From: Giardia intestinalis
Taxonomy: Eukaryota
Length of the DNA stretch: 64,000 bases
Assembly: GCA_000002435.2 (NCBI GenBank)
Contig: CM018791.1
Direction: 5' to 3' (one strand)
Every line of letters starts with the position of its first letter. Positions within the stretch are counted from its first letter, which is position 1. Under the pieces are notes generated by a model. That model searched no databases and was not told the DNA's origin. It saw only the letters and a list, made by a program, of their open reading frames with translations. The translations under genes and the position numbers were made by a program. This document shows positions 36,083-46,896 of the stretch, one piece after another.

Positions 36083-39000
36083 ATGGCGACTGTGCAAGTG
36101 GTGATAAGTGACTTTGGGCGCAAGCTGAGTCCTGATGCGCCCATCTTCATTGATCCCTCCTCTGTTGCTATCCTTCGCGTGACGGTCCAGCCTTACGAGT
36201 TCATGCATTTGGCAGAGTTCTGTGAGGGTCGTTATCTGGAAGCACAGTGCCTCCACAATAAGCAGCTCTCTCTGAAACTTGACTTCTCTGTCATGGGAAC
36301 TGCTTTGAACTGTGACATACCGGTGGGTAAGCTTTCTCCGGGCCTTTATCAGATGCGTCTCCGATACCGTGAGATTGCCGTGCATGCCTTTCAGATTGCC
36401 CCGGAGCACAACCAGTCTTTCTTTGTGACTGTGAATCCTCCTGTCAGCACAGAGGGAATCTCTATGTGTACTGTTTACAGTCATGCACTTGGGCCCATTG
36501 ACAAGTGGAACGACATCCTTGGCAACATGATCGACTCCAAAGGCTTTAACATGATCCACTTCACACCTATCAATAGGTTCGGCTCCTCTGGCTCCTGCTA
36601 TTCTCTGAGCTCATGGACAGAGTGGCACAAGGCCGTCGGAACAGAGCTCAAGCTTCGCGAGTTCGTCTCGGAACGGTTGAATAAGAACGGAGTTCTGGCA
36701 ATGTATGATGTTGTGCTCAACCATGTTGCCCCGACATCGAGGATGATCCGCACAAACCCGAGCTACTGCTTCAATGTCGAAGACTATCCGTATCTTCTTC
36801 CTGCCGCCCTTCTGGACATGAATCTTCGAGTCATCGAGGCGTCCATCCTGCGCAATGGTTGGAATGGCTCGGGCACAGGGGTCTTTGGAGACGAGACATC
36901 TCTGACACCGGAAGTTATAAGAACATTCAGACAATCCAAGGACGCTACTGGGATACATGCTCCTGGACACGTGAAGGACGCGTACTACGATCTTCAATCT
37001 CTCCTTTCCGAGCATGAGAGAAGAGTCCTCACTCTCTATAATCTGCGCTGCTGCTACTGGGAGAGCGCTAGCGGTGAAGTTGGAATTCATCACGCGAAGG
37101 CATCTGAGTTCTGTCACACCCTCACGATGTTTGTCGGCAACGTTTTCGACCAGCTGCACCTTTATGAGTACGAGCTCCTTGATACCGACAGCGTCGTGTC
37201 ATCGTTTTTGGACATGATTGGGCATCTCCGAGAGAGCGAGATTCACAGTTTTGTAGAATTCTGCTACTCCACGGTTGTAGATCAATATGAAAAGTATACG
37301 ATTGTCGGACGTGAAAGGTGTGCCAGTACATTACGCATGGATAGAATTTTCCGGGCCATAGGGACCGCAAACAAGAATCTTTGGGAGCCTGTTGCGGTTG
37401 GGAGCTGCACGGATAGTCTTGTGAGCTCGAAGATAGCCGATAGCTTTTCCAGCAAGTCCACGGCGATCTCTCAGATTAAAAGCGTTCTTGACGATGACTC
37501 TGAAGGCAAGGCCATGACGGGAGATGAGCTCCAAGCCAAGTTACACCAGGTCACAGAGGCTATCAGGGACATCTGTAGAACTATCAATGAAAGAGTCTAC
37601 GTCCGCAGTAGGGAGGATCGCCAAGCAATTCTTTCGGCTATTGGTGGAGGCGTTTGGTACAGGTTGTTTGTAGACGTGAAGCCGGCGTTCCAGGCCCTCT
37701 GCTTCAGTGACAGGCCGCGATTCAATATTTTCTTACATGGTTTCCAGCCTGTTCTTTCTCACCTAGACGACAAGCTCTCCTCTGATGACATACTAAAGTG
37801 TCTCGAGATGAATCCAACGGAGACCCTTAAGCAAATGGAGTCGGGTAAGGTACTCTGTATGGCATGTAATGGCTGGGTTATGGGGGCCGCCTATGACTTT
37901 ACGATGCGCGAACACCGTGCTTACCTCCGTTGTAGCGTAATCACCTGGGGAGACTGCATAAAGCTGGCGTATTATCTCCCTGATGGGTCTCGAAATAAGC
38001 CCCTTTGGACCGCTGCTCTTGTCTACATTGAACGCTGTGCTAGCATCTTCAACTCTATCCGCATAGATAATGCACACTCCACAGACAAGACTCTTCTCCG
38101 ACATCTTCTCTCGGCAGCTCGCCGTGTCAATCAAGATATATACATCATGCTAGAATGCTTCCTAGGCAGCGCTGATGCAGATGCGAGCTTCCTTCAGGAG
38201 GTGGGAGCAAACTCCCTTGTTCATGAGCTCATCAACGTGACCAGCATAGGTGAGCTTTGTGGTACTGTTGTCTTTGGAGGCGAGCCTGTTGGGCAGGTTA
38301 AGGATAACTTTTCGCTCTGTGTTCCTGCACTGATGTTCGATGTTACTCATGATAACAATCCTCCAGGAGCTGAGGTCTCATATCACCAGCGAGAAAATCT
38401 GCTTGTTCTGGCAGCTATTGCGTGCAGCAACTGCAGGGGCGGGATGGCCACAACGTTTCTTATGGGCATAGGGTATCCAGAAAAGATTGAGGTCACGAAT
38501 CCAAGCGACTACAATACGCTTTGTAAGGATGGAAGGATTGAGATGAACAAGGGCCTTGGACTTATCCATGCACGCACTCTCCTGTCTAGGTTGCACGTTG
38601 AGCTGCTAAGGAATAAGTATACACAAGTCTATGCTCACTGCCACTACGACAAGCTCATGACTGTCGAGCGCATGAACCCCACGACAGGCGAGTCATATAT
38701 CTTTGTCCTTCGTCCAGCCTTTAAGTATAACTGTGCAGAGTGGATAGGGGTCATTGATATTGAGTTTCTCGGAAGTTATGTGCGTCCGTACATGTGTTAT
38801 CGTCCAGATGGATACTACAGGACAATAGACGACCTCCAGCCAGACAGGGTCCCGTTCGCGATCAGCTCTGAAGAGAATCGATTTGTGTTGAGCTTCAATG
38901 ACAGCAACTTCCCCAAGGGCAGCGTCCTCATTTTCCGCAAGAACTCTGCGCGAGAGTATTCAGAGATTATGAGCCTCGCCGTATCCGACGCCAGTGTTCA

Positions 39001-41278
39001 AACGTTTAAGAATAGCTTTATGAGGATTCCTCCATTCCATCAGAAATGGTTCCTTTGTCAGGTTTGTGAAGACGAGGGCGATTATGTGCAGCAGGGGCCA
39101 TATGTGTTTGCCAACGACCGCGGGTATCTCCTTCCCAGTTATAGCGGCTTTGATGGAATACGGGACTCCTTGTATGTCTCTGATGTTTCTGGCCCAGTTG
39201 CGGCGAACATTCGCTACGGCGACTGGCTCCTCGACTACATATGTGACAGGGACCAAAAGTACTACGAGAGATTCTGTGCCAACGATGTGGACACCAGTGA
39301 TGAGACTCGAGAAGCTGTGAGCTCGGTGCTGATGGCTCTCCACCGCTATGTCCGAATGATTAAGCGTATTCCAACCTCCTTGAGACCTAGATGCCTACGC
39401 CATGTCTATGCCGTGTTCGACGAAGCCATAAATACAGCCATTCTAGTGAAAGAAGGCTTCATTGCGCCATCCGCAATAAACACCGTCGCCAAGCTTACTG
39501 ACCTCCAGCTTGTCTTTTGCCATATGTACAGGGCGTCGTTATCCTTTATTGGCTTCGAGCCCTCGCACAGCAACGTTGACCTGAAGTATGCAAATGTTGT
39601 CCTGAGTCTCCTCGAGCAAATGGACACCTTTGCCAATGATGGCTTGCTGAATACGCTTCGTGAGGATCTCTACAACGAGGATTCTCGTCTGAACAATGTC
39701 TCTCTCTGCGCTGGATACCCGCACTTCTTCCGTGGAATGTTTCGCTCGTGGGGCCGTGATATCGCACTTTCGGTGACTGGGGTATGCACCATCCATAAGT
39801 CACGCCAAGCAATAGCGAGGCAGATCATTGTCACAAGCTTCTCGCTCCTGCGCCACGGGCTGCTACCAAATCTGCAGGACAGTGGCAGAAGGCCGCGCTA
39901 CAACGCACGCGACGCAGTCTGGTTTATGCTGTCTGCGCTTCTAGACTACATTCGATACACCGGCGACGAGTCCATCCTCGACCAGGCTGTTGTACGCTTC
40001 TACCCCAGTGATAGGCAGGAAGACTACGAGCTAGCTGATGGGTTCTATGTACTGAAGGACCTTGTCTCTGGGAACGAAACAGCCCTCTGCAGCCGTTACA
40101 TAGCTACAATAAGGGAGCTTGTAATAGAGATTCTCTCACGTCACCACGAGGGTATCCACTTCAGGGAGTGGAACGCTGGTTATCAGATTGATGAGCACAT
40201 GCGTGACGAGGGCTTCAACATTGATATCGTTGTAGATGATGTCTATGGTCTCGTGTCCGGAGGAAATGCAAGCAACTGTGGAACGTGGATGGACAAGATG
40301 GGGTCCTGTGATTGGGTCAACCGTGGTGTTCCAGGAAGCAGCAGGCACGGTGCCAATATCGAAATTAATCTGTGCTGCCTGGGTGTTTTGGACTTTATAT
40401 GTAAAAAGGGCAAGGCATTCATGCCTTCTGCTAAATGCACTGGCCATATCTCGTTTGAGGAGATAGAAGAATGGAGGAACAAGCTCAGCAGGACCATCGA
40501 AGATGCTGATGGGATCACCGCAACGCTTTCGACAAATCCCGGTACTGTCATATCCAGTGGAAACGACGCACTTATCCGCACCATTCACAGGCAGAGTAAG
40601 TCTAGGATGCTTCGTGACACCATCACTCCAGACTTTCTTCAGGCTTTTAAGGACTGTAAGAATGATAAGAGCAAGATGAAGTGGAGGCGCGTGGACCCAC
40701 AGAATACATACTTCAGGCCAAACTACTTCATTGGCCTTTCATTCTTGAAGGACAACGAGTCTCTACTGACCAGCTTGAAAACGGAGGTGTCGGATGGCTT
40801 ACATGAGCTCCATAATGGCGTCATGGAGGATCGCTATATCATCCACGCCCGCCGTCATCTCAAGGTCACGCATGCTGAGAGACAGTATGGCAAGCCACGT
40901 GACGTGGTGCCTTGGTACATGATTGGTATGAGAACAGTGCACCACCTGGACCTGGCCTTCCGCGCCTACTATGATCTTCATGACTCGTCATCATTTGAAA
41001 CGGCCGGAGGCATGTCGTATCACAACGGCCCTGCATGGACTCATGTCTATGCCCGCGCAATCACGTCGGCTATCCTTTCTGGGTATCATGAGCCTGAGAG
41101 GTTATTTATTAACCTGGTATCCTTCCTGAATAACCACTCTAACGTCAATGGCAGCTTTAAGTCAATCCCGGAGCTTCAGCAGGGCGATGGCAGCTTTTGC
41201 TATGCCTCGTGCACCTCACAGGCGTGGGCTGTAGGAGGGTTTGCGGAAGCCCTGGCTCTGCTCTTAAAGCGCGAGTGA
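36083..41278 (+). CDS. Glycogen debranching enzyme (4-alpha-glucanotransferase / amylo-alpha-1,6-glucosidase), 1731 aa
   Basis: N-terminal GH13-type glucanotransferase motifs (GFNMIHFTPINRFGSSGSCYSLSSW; YDVVLNHVAP). C-terminal GDE/amylo-1,6-glucosidase six-hairpin region (...DGSFCYASCTSQAWAVGG). ATG preceded by an A-rich tract. Confidence 0.85.
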   Translation: MATVQVVISDFGRKLSPDAPIFIDPSSVAILRVTVQPYEFMHLAEFCEGRYLEAQCLHNKQLSLKLDFSVMGTALNCDIPVGKLSPGLYQMRLRYREIAVHAFQIAPEHNQSFFVTVNPPVSTEGISMCTVYSHALGPIDKWNDILGNMIDSKGFNMIHFTPINRFGSSGSCYSLSSWTEWHKAVGTELKLREFVSERLNKNGVLAMYDVVLNHVAPTSRMIRTNPSYCFNVEDYPYLLPAALLDMNLRVIEASILRNGWNGSGTGVFGDETSLTPEVIRTFRQSKDATGIHAPGHVKDAYYDLQSLLSEHERRVLTLYNLRCCYWESASGEVGIHHAKASEFCHTLTMFVGNVFDQLHLYEYELLDTDSVVSSFLDMIGHLRESEIHSFVEFCYSTVVDQYEKYTIVGRERCASTLRMDRIFRAIGTANKNLWEPVAVGSCTDSLVSSKIADSFSSKSTAISQIKSVLDDDSEGKAMTGDELQAKLHQVTEAIRDICRTINERVYVRSREDRQAILSAIGGGVWYRLFVDVKPAFQALCFSDRPRFNIFLHGFQPVLSHLDDKLSSDDILKCLEMNPTETLKQMESGKVLCMACNGWVMGAAYDFTMREHRAYLRCSVITWGDCIKLAYYLPDGSRNKPLWTAALVYIERCASIFNSIRIDNAHSTDKTLLRHLLSAARRVNQDIYIMLECFLGSADADASFLQEVGANSLVHELINVTSIGELCGTVVFGGEPVGQVKDNFSLCVPALMFDVTHDNNPPGAEVSYHQRENLLVLAAIACSNCRGGMATTFLMGIGYPEKIEVTNPSDYNTLCKDGRIEMNKGLGLIHARTLLSRLHVELLRNKYTQVYAHCHYDKLMTVERMNPTTGESYIFVLRPAFKYNCAEWIGVIDIEFLGSYVRPYMCYRPDGYYRTIDDLQPDRVPFAISSEENRFVLSFNDSNFPKGSVLIFRKNSAREYSEIMSLAVSDASVQTFKNSFMRIPPFHQKWFLCQVCEDEGDYVQQGPYVFANDRGYLLPSYSGFDGIRDSLYVSDVSGPVAANIRYGDWLLDYICDRDQKYYERFCANDVDTSDETREAVSSVLMALHRYVRMIKRIPTSLRPRCLRHVYAVFDEAINTAILVKEGFIAPSAINTVAKLTDLQLVFCHMYRASLSFIGFEPSHSNVDLKYANVVLSLLEQMDTFANDGLLNTLREDLYNEDSRLNNVSLCAGYPHFFRGMFRSWGRDIALSVTGVCTIHKSRQAIARQIIVTSFSLLRHGLLPNLQDSGRRPRYNARDAVWFMLSALLDYIRYTGDESILDQAVVRFYPSDRQEDYELADGFYVLKDLVSGNETALCSRYIATIRELVIEILSRHHEGIHFREWNAGYQIDEHMRDEGFNIDIVVDDVYGLVSGGNASNCGTWMDKMGSCDWVNRGVPGSSRHGANIEINLCCLGVLDFICKKGKAFMPSAKCTGHISFEEIEEWRNKLSRTIEDADGITATLSTNPGTVISSGNDALIRTIHRQSKSRMLRDTITPDFLQAFKDCKNDKSKMKWRRVDPQNTYFRPNYFIGLSFLKDNESLLTSLKTEVSDGLHELHNGVMEDRYIIHARRHLKVTHAERQYGKPRDVVPWYMIGMRTVHHLDLAFRAYYDLHDSSSFETAGGMSYHNGPAWTHVYARAITSAILSGYHEPERLFINLVSFLNNHSNVNGSFKSIPELQQGDGSFCYASCTSQAWAVGGFAEALALLLKRE

Positions 41279-41475
41279 CATTCTTGTAAATACCTTCTTT
41301 TGATTAGAAGCCTTGCGCTTGTTGTCTGCACGTCCAAGACCGGACATGGGCTCCAAAAGTTCATCTTAGTCAGATCTCTTTGGTCTCGCAGTATGTGTAT
41401 TATGATACCGTTCTAATAGAGAGACGACTCCAACTAGGAGGCAGATGGGACGGATTTAAGTGACGAAGAAAAAAC

Positions 41476-42573
41476 ATGTCGGCTCAAGATGTATGCGACG
41501 ATGTTCCCGACTCCTGGTCTCTCCACCCCCTCGTCATCCAGCACGTGCCCAGTGAAGAAGACAAGCGCCGGTGTCCCGCTTTGGTGGGCGTCGAAGACAT
41601 TCTCTATGGGGACGGGCCTGCTTGTGTTCAGACCACCTACAGGACTCAGGGAAACAATGCAATAGAGTTAGCAAAGGGAGCAAAGACGGACGAGGAACGT
41701 CGTGAAAAACTAGATTTGGCACTGCGATTCTATGATGGAGCTCTGGAGGTTGACTTAACTTCAGACATCGAAAATGGTGTCATTACGCAGAAAGAGGCCG
41801 ATGAGCGTGCAGCAGCGTTACTCTCCAACAAGGCAGAGGCTCTACGCCTACTCGGACATCTCTCTGAAGCATACAAGGCGGCAACCCTGGCGCTTGCTCG
41901 TGATAAAGAGTGCTGGAAGGCATATCTACGACGGGCCCGCATATGTGAAGAGCTGGATGATATTGCAAGGGCAGTCAACAACTACAAGAGGGCCTACGAT
42001 ACGTCTTTTAGGGCGGATGTACTGCGATTATTGCAAAAGACACGCGACATCTATACAAAGAAGGCGCTGGAATATGCTGCTATTGCTGCATATTACCAGC
42101 AGCATGACCCGAGGACAGCTGGGCGCGTTGGATTAGTGCTTCCCTTTTGCAACCTAAAGAATACACTCTCAGACGCTATCGCCAATGCAAAAGTTTTACA
42201 CGTGGTTTACCCAGAGTTTGGGTCTATAGAGAGGATAGAGTCATTTGATTACACCACTCCTCTCGCTATCTACCTAGACATCCTCTATGGAACCCCTCGT
42301 GGAAACCAAGAGTTCGACACCAATTACAAGGCGGGTGAAGTAATCTTACTGTACGGAATTGGTTGGTGTGACATAATAGGGGCATCTGGGCACATAGAGA
42401 GCTTCAGCTCGATGTCTGCAACCTTTGTGGAGGCGGATCCTAGCTTCACCTTTGGCCAGTTACTCGACAAAGGATGCACAATACCTCTCGTGCCAACACT
42501 CTTCGCCGTTAGCAAAAACATAAAACCCTTATTCTTGAAATCATATTGCGGAACACAAGATTCTATAAGCTGA
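41476..42573 (+). CDS. Hypothetical protein with TPR-like helical repeats, 365 aa
   Basis: ORF with ATG preceded by gaagaaaaaac. Helical-repeat-like segment (KAEALRLLGHLSEAYKAATLALARDKECWKAYLRRARICEELDDIARAVNNYKRAY). Confidence 0.55.
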   Translation: MSAQDVCDDVPDSWSLHPLVIQHVPSEEDKRRCPALVGVEDILYGDGPACVQTTYRTQGNNAIELAKGAKTDEERREKLDLALRFYDGALEVDLTSDIENGVITQKEADERAAALLSNKAEALRLLGHLSEAYKAATLALARDKECWKAYLRRARICEELDDIARAVNNYKRAYDTSFRADVLRLLQKTRDIYTKKALEYAAIAAYYQQHDPRTAGRVGLVLPFCNLKNTLSDAIANAKVLHVVYPEFGSIERIESFDYTTPLAIYLDILYGTPRGNQEFDTNYKAGEVILLYGIGWCDIIGASGHIESFSSMSATFVEADPSFTFGQLLDKGCTIPLVPTLFAVSKNIKPLFLKSYCGTQDSIS

Positions 42574-42666
42574 TAGAAGAAACCTAAAATCCAAAATTTA
42601 AAACATTTTAAATATTTAAAATCCCGGCATAAAAGTTATTTCTCCCAAAAAAGGCACTCGGCTGTC

Positions 42667-43572
42667 ATGGACCTACCTGACATTCAGCTGCGGGAAGACG
42701 TCTACGACATCTCTCAGAATAATCAGAATGACGGGAACCTCTTCCAGAACGGTGCCCTGGCCCCTTCGAATTCACTCTTGGCGACGTCCTTGGAGTCGCT
42801 TTCCTTCCAGCTGGCCCGCCAAAAACAGGTTGCAGGCGGTCAGGTACCGGACTTTGACGTGCTCGCCACGCGTCTTACCGAGTTGGCAACCTTCGCAGCT
42901 TCAGATGTTGTTGATTTAAAGTCCTACGTTGAGGTCATAAACAGCAACGCATCCGTGGCTGTAAAGATAAACGCTTACTACTTGGCGTCTATGAAGGCGT
43001 GCGCGCATTCCCAGCGTAACTATCGTATGACGTTGGCCTCTTTACGCGAGGATCTTGTTAGAACTTGTGCAGAGGTAGACCCCGCCTTTTGGGTGACCTA
43101 CTTCTCTAAGGTAACCTTCCCGATAAAGCTGACGGAGAATGATAAGAAGCATCTGATGATGGTAGACAATGCCTTTGTCGAGTATGTGGAGGCCGATTAC
43201 GAGGAGCTTGGTGCGGTTCTGCTCAAAGAGGAGACGTGCACTGCCCCGGTCTCCCAGGCCCACCTCCCGGGCTTCCGCATCAACTTCCAGTTTAAGGACA
43301 GGTCCGTCATTTCTAGTACGTGTCGCTACCAACTAGACTCGACTATTAGCTTAGTCGTAGAGCGCAATGTGGCAGGGCCAGATGCCCTAGGGGTCCTTAA
43401 TTCCCTGGGCACTAACTACTACGGCCTCTTTTCTATCTTCTGCCCGCCCTCGTCTGCAGACCTAGACCCTAATAATGGCAACGTTAGCGCCCACCAGATC
43501 GCGCTGACTCGGGCAAAGAAGATCGTTGAGACGGCTGTTATCTTAAAGGCGGCCCTTACCGACCATGTCTAG
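42667..43572 (+). CDS. Hypothetical protein, 301 aa
   Basis: ORF with AT-rich upstream tract. AGTAAAC 11 nt after the stop. Confidence 0.55.
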   Translation: MDLPDIQLREDVYDISQNNQNDGNLFQNGALAPSNSLLATSLESLSFQLARQKQVAGGQVPDFDVLATRLTELATFAASDVVDLKSYVEVINSNASVAVKINAYYLASMKACAHSQRNYRMTLASLREDLVRTCAEVDPAFWVTYFSKVTFPIKLTENDKKHLMMVDNAFVEYVEADYEELGAVLLKEETCTAPVSQAHLPGFRINFQFKDRSVISSTCRYQLDSTISLVVERNVAGPDALGVLNSLGTNYYGLFSIFCPPSSADLDPNNGNVSAHQIALTRAKKIVETAVILKAALTDHV

Positions 43573-43582
43573 TTGCGAGGCG

Positions 43583-43589
43583 AGTAAAC
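43583..43589 (+). terminator. Polyadenylation signal AGTAAAC for gene 42667..43572
   Basis: AGTRAAY match 11 nt after the stop. Confidence 0.6.
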
Positions 43590-43655
43590 GAAATTTGATG
43601 GCCACAAAAGCATAAAATCTGGAAAAATCTAAAAATATAAGGTGCAAGAGAGTCG

Positions 43656-45197
43656 ATGGAGTATCAGGACATTAGTTTAGATCAGCCGGATCCCGTTCCA
43701 AGTTTCCATCTTTGCATTGATGGGATTACCCGGCACATGCAGGCCTATGAGTCCTCTCTGTTTGCACTTGAAGCAGAAAACCGCATTCTTAGGGAGCGCG
43801 TCACGTACCTCACCCAACAACTGGAAAGCGCTAAGCAACAGCTAATCCACGGGTCTCAAGGCGTGACACTAAAGAACCGTACGTCCCTTGTCACCGATAC
43901 GCAAACTACTCTTGCTAATCTAGGTAATCTAAAGAGCGCATACTCTAACGTTATCCCTGCCCCGCCTGATGACCAAGCCAAGATACGTTCAGCTAGCAGC
44001 GATACGGCGACGCAGCTTCGCGTCTCTCCTGGAAAGCGGCTTCCATCCAAGCAGCTGACGCATCTCCGAACGCTCCAGATGCACTCGCGCGCGGTCTCTG
44101 CCGTTACCTGGGTTCAGGATTTCTTCATAACGGCGTCTCGCGACGCCTCGTGCCGCGTCTGGTATGTTCCCAAGGAGCAATCCGACTCTTCTAGGCCTGG
44201 GCCGCTTATGACATATCGGACGGCAGCCCCTCTGACCTCGGCGCGGTGCATTTCCAATCGCTACCTGATGCTTTCCAACACATCCTCCGAGGTCATCGTA
44301 CACAGCGTCTCAGCGCCTGCAATCGCATCCCTCGGTGTATATGCAAACGTGGAGAGCATGAACAGCACACTCATCAGGACAGAGACAGACGAGAAGTCCC
44401 TCAGCTTTAAGTCTCCTGTGTGGTCCATAGTCGAGCTAGACGGCCACGCCGTGTGTGTAGGGGCGGGATTTGCTGCACTTGTCGAGTTCAACGGAGAAAA
44501 ATGTGCTATTACGAAGACCATCAGACTTTTAGATCCGTTCTGTCCCAAGAACGACGAGCCAATGCTCTGTAGCTTTGTGACACGCGTGGGAGGAACCATA
44601 ATTGCCACTATTCGTGAGAGGTATATTAAGGCTGACGATTTACAGCCGCCAGGCTTCATTCCAGACCCGGCAGATGTCGTAAATTATCGCCGATCTGGAA
44701 TGCGTCTTGTCAAGATCAATCCAGAGGCGCTATCCAATAACGCCACAGTCGTTACATTTACCACGCAGAGTATGCAATGCATACAGGTAACAGGCTTGGC
44801 ACCCATATTTAATACGCACGTAATAGTTTCCACGACAACTCCAGACACGAAACTTTTATCATACAGAGTTGACGATCACTCTTCCGGAGCAATAAAAGTG
44901 ATATCAGCCACAGAATGCAATGACAGTGACATTTTTACTGCCATTTCAACGTGTGATGGATACGTGGTAACGGCAGTGAATGCAGCGATCAACGCACATC
45001 CACGCATCTACATCTTCCAGGCACACCTTCCACAAAATAGAGACGCCCCCATCGAGCTCAAGCGTGTAGATACCGCCGTTCTTGATTCTGTGTACGGGTC
45101 AATTACCGCCATAGGCACACGCAGGGTGGAGGATGGGATCGTTGTAGTGCTGTGCGGGTGTGACGGGGATATTCATGTGAAGTGCTACGGGATTTAA
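43656..45197 (+). CDS. Hypothetical protein with N-terminal coiled coil followed by WD40-like beta-propeller blades, 513 aa
   Basis: LFALEAENRILRERVTYLTQQLESAKQQL coiled coil. WD-like blade HSRAVSAVTWVQDFFITASRDASCRVWYV. Confidence 0.55.
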   Translation: MEYQDISLDQPDPVPSFHLCIDGITRHMQAYESSLFALEAENRILRERVTYLTQQLESAKQQLIHGSQGVTLKNRTSLVTDTQTTLANLGNLKSAYSNVIPAPPDDQAKIRSASSDTATQLRVSPGKRLPSKQLTHLRTLQMHSRAVSAVTWVQDFFITASRDASCRVWYVPKEQSDSSRPGPLMTYRTAAPLTSARCISNRYLMLSNTSSEVIVHSVSAPAIASLGVYANVESMNSTLIRTETDEKSLSFKSPVWSIVELDGHAVCVGAGFAALVEFNGEKCAITKTIRLLDPFCPKNDEPMLCSFVTRVGGTIIATIRERYIKADDLQPPGFIPDPADVVNYRRSGMRLVKINPEALSNNATVVTFTTQSMQCIQVTGLAPIFNTHVIVSTTTPDTKLLSYRVDDHSSGAIKVISATECNDSDIFTAISTCDGYVVTAVNAAINAHPRIYIFQAHLPQNRDAPIELKRVDTAVLDSVYGSITAIGTRRVEDGIVVVLCGCDGDIHVKCYGI

Positions 45198-45255
45198 ATT
45201 TAATGCTGCTTCAGAGTTAATTCAGAGCCTGTGAACATTAGTTGGCAGAGATTGA

Positions 45256-46854
45256 CTACAGCCTCGACTTTGCCTCCATAACCTCCTTTCTGAACCTCTT
45301 ATCAGTTATGTACTCGTTTAGGACCCTGTTGATTGTGCGCATATAAAAGCGCTGTTGCGCTATTTGCAAGGTGTAAACAAACAGGACCAGGACAGCTATT
45401 GCTACAAGCAGAAGCACAATCATCGCTATGATAAATGTCTTGTTACTGTAATGAAACGTAACAGCTATGGTATCGCGGACAAGGTTGGAGCCGTTGCGAC
45501 GCTTTATGAGTAGATAGTTGTCGGGCTTTGGCAAAATGCCGTCAGTAGATGTAAGGCCTATATACTTGCAATCTCGTGTGTTAAGATCTGCAAAATCCAA
45601 AGCTATATACAGGTCTAGGAGCACGTCCCTGTACTTGTGAGTCGTTTGTAGATAGATCTTGTAATTACAGCCCATGGTGTTGTCACAATAGAAGATTGGA
45701 CGAAGATCGACGGTCGTTCTATTTTCTAATATGTACTGCAGCGTGAGGCACGTCTCAAATTTCATTGGAAGGACTGGCGTGCTATCATCAGTTATAGGCT
45801 CCTCGAAGTTGTTTGTGCGGAGAATGCAAATCTTTTCTGAAAAGGGGAAGTGTCTGCTTACCAATGCGTTTGCGTAAAGATTGACAGAGGCAGGCATCCC
45901 GTTGCCTGCAAGGGAAAAGTTCACCGAGGTCGCTGTGGAGGAAAATGATAGTAGATAGGAGAGTGAACGATGCTCCGTGGTCCCATCAAGGTTCGTTATT
46001 GGCCCAGGGCGCTGGATACAGTGGTATACATCGACAGACCCTAAGCCGGTAAACTTACCATAAACTATGGAGATGTATTCTGGGCTTGGGAGCTTTTTAA
46101 TGCTAAGAAGCTTGCCGGCGTCAAACACATAGTCGGAGTTGGGAAGCATGGTGCATGCTTCAAAACTCTTGATGAACCTACGATAGAGATAGAAGCCCAT
46201 TAACCAACAGATAACTGTAAGTATGACAAACCCGACGAGGTAGAGAAGTGAAACATATGCAGCGATCTGGCCTCTCCACGATTTCGAGTACTCTAGCTTG
46301 CAGTTCATGATCAACTCATTGAAAATTGAGTGATTCTCTGGCAGAACAGTGTACCTTTTTGCTATTTCTCTTAGACGCTGATCGTAGAAATATTGCCATC
46401 GACAATACATGCTTCTGAAAGGCGGCAAGTTGTCCAGCGAAACGTTGCCTTCATTCTTGCAGTCAACGTTAGAATCAGCAGCGCTATATTCACTGGACTC
46501 GCTAGTGGAGCTAATAATGCTGGTGACGCTCTCTAGACTCTTGTGAGTGGTGCTTGATAGCCCTCTTTTTTCTGTTTTGGCAGTGGCCGTTGATGCTGCT
46601 GTTAGTGCCGTGCTGTTGGAGTGGGGATCGGTGATGGTATCTGTCTGCGTGCTGTACATATGCGTATTAAAAAGAGCCATCTCTTCTTGTTGTGGGACGT
46701 AAGTTCCTGCTATTTGCTTGGACAAGAATCCGGGCCGTTTAGATCGATGTTTGGTGGGTGCGTTTGGGTTTGGGCTTGGTAGTTTGGATACTGGGCTGGC
46801 CTTTCTTTTACCTCTTTTTGAAGAAGCACTCTGTAAACCAGGATTGTCACGCAT
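45256..46854 (-). CDS. Hypothetical two-pass membrane protein, 532 aa. Basic, low-complexity N-terminus; TM around residue 200; C-terminal TM.
   Basis: ATG confirmed (CAT 46852-46854). Hydrophobic segments IAAYVSLLYLVGFVILTVICWLMGFYLY and IIAMIVLLLVAIAVLVLFVY. Confidence 0.6.
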   Translation of the reverse strand: MRDNPGLQSASSKRGKRKASPVSKLPSPNPNAPTKHRSKRPGFLSKQIAGTYVPQQEEMALFNTHMYSTQTDTITDPHSNSTALTAASTATAKTEKRGLSSTTHKSLESVTSIISSTSESSEYSAADSNVDCKNEGNVSLDNLPPFRSMYCRWQYFYDQRLREIAKRYTVLPENHSIFNELIMNCKLEYSKSWRGQIAAYVSLLYLVGFVILTVICWLMGFYLYRRFIKSFEACTMLPNSDYVFDAGKLLSIKKLPSPEYISIVYGKFTGLGSVDVYHCIQRPGPITNLDGTTEHRSLSYLLSFSSTATSVNFSLAGNGMPASVNLYANALVSRHFPFSEKICILRTNNFEEPITDDSTPVLPMKFETCLTLQYILENRTTVDLRPIFYCDNTMGCNYKIYLQTTHKYRDVLLDLYIALDFADLNTRDCKYIGLTSTDGILPKPDNYLLIKRRNGSNLVRDTIAVTFHYSNKTFIIAMIVLLLVAIAVLVLFVYTLQIAQQRFYMRTINRVLNEYITDKRFRKEVMEAKSRL

Positions 46855-46896
46855 TAAGGAGCAAACTTTTCCAGCAGATATCTAAAATTTTAATCA
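46855..46896. promoter_or_regulatory. 42-bp bidirectional promoter spacer between the divergent membrane-protein and IQ-protein genes
   Basis: Sequence aggagcaaacttttccagcagatatctaaaattttaatca lies between CAT (46852-46854) and ATG (46897). Confidence 0.45.

Noticed and set aside
41279-41475. Possible box C/D snoRNA (tatgata...cgg) in the 197-bp spacer after the glycogen debranching gene
   Set aside because: No convincing C (RUGAUGA) plus D (CUGA) pair with terminal stem. More simply the 3' UTR plus AT-rich promoter of the next gene.
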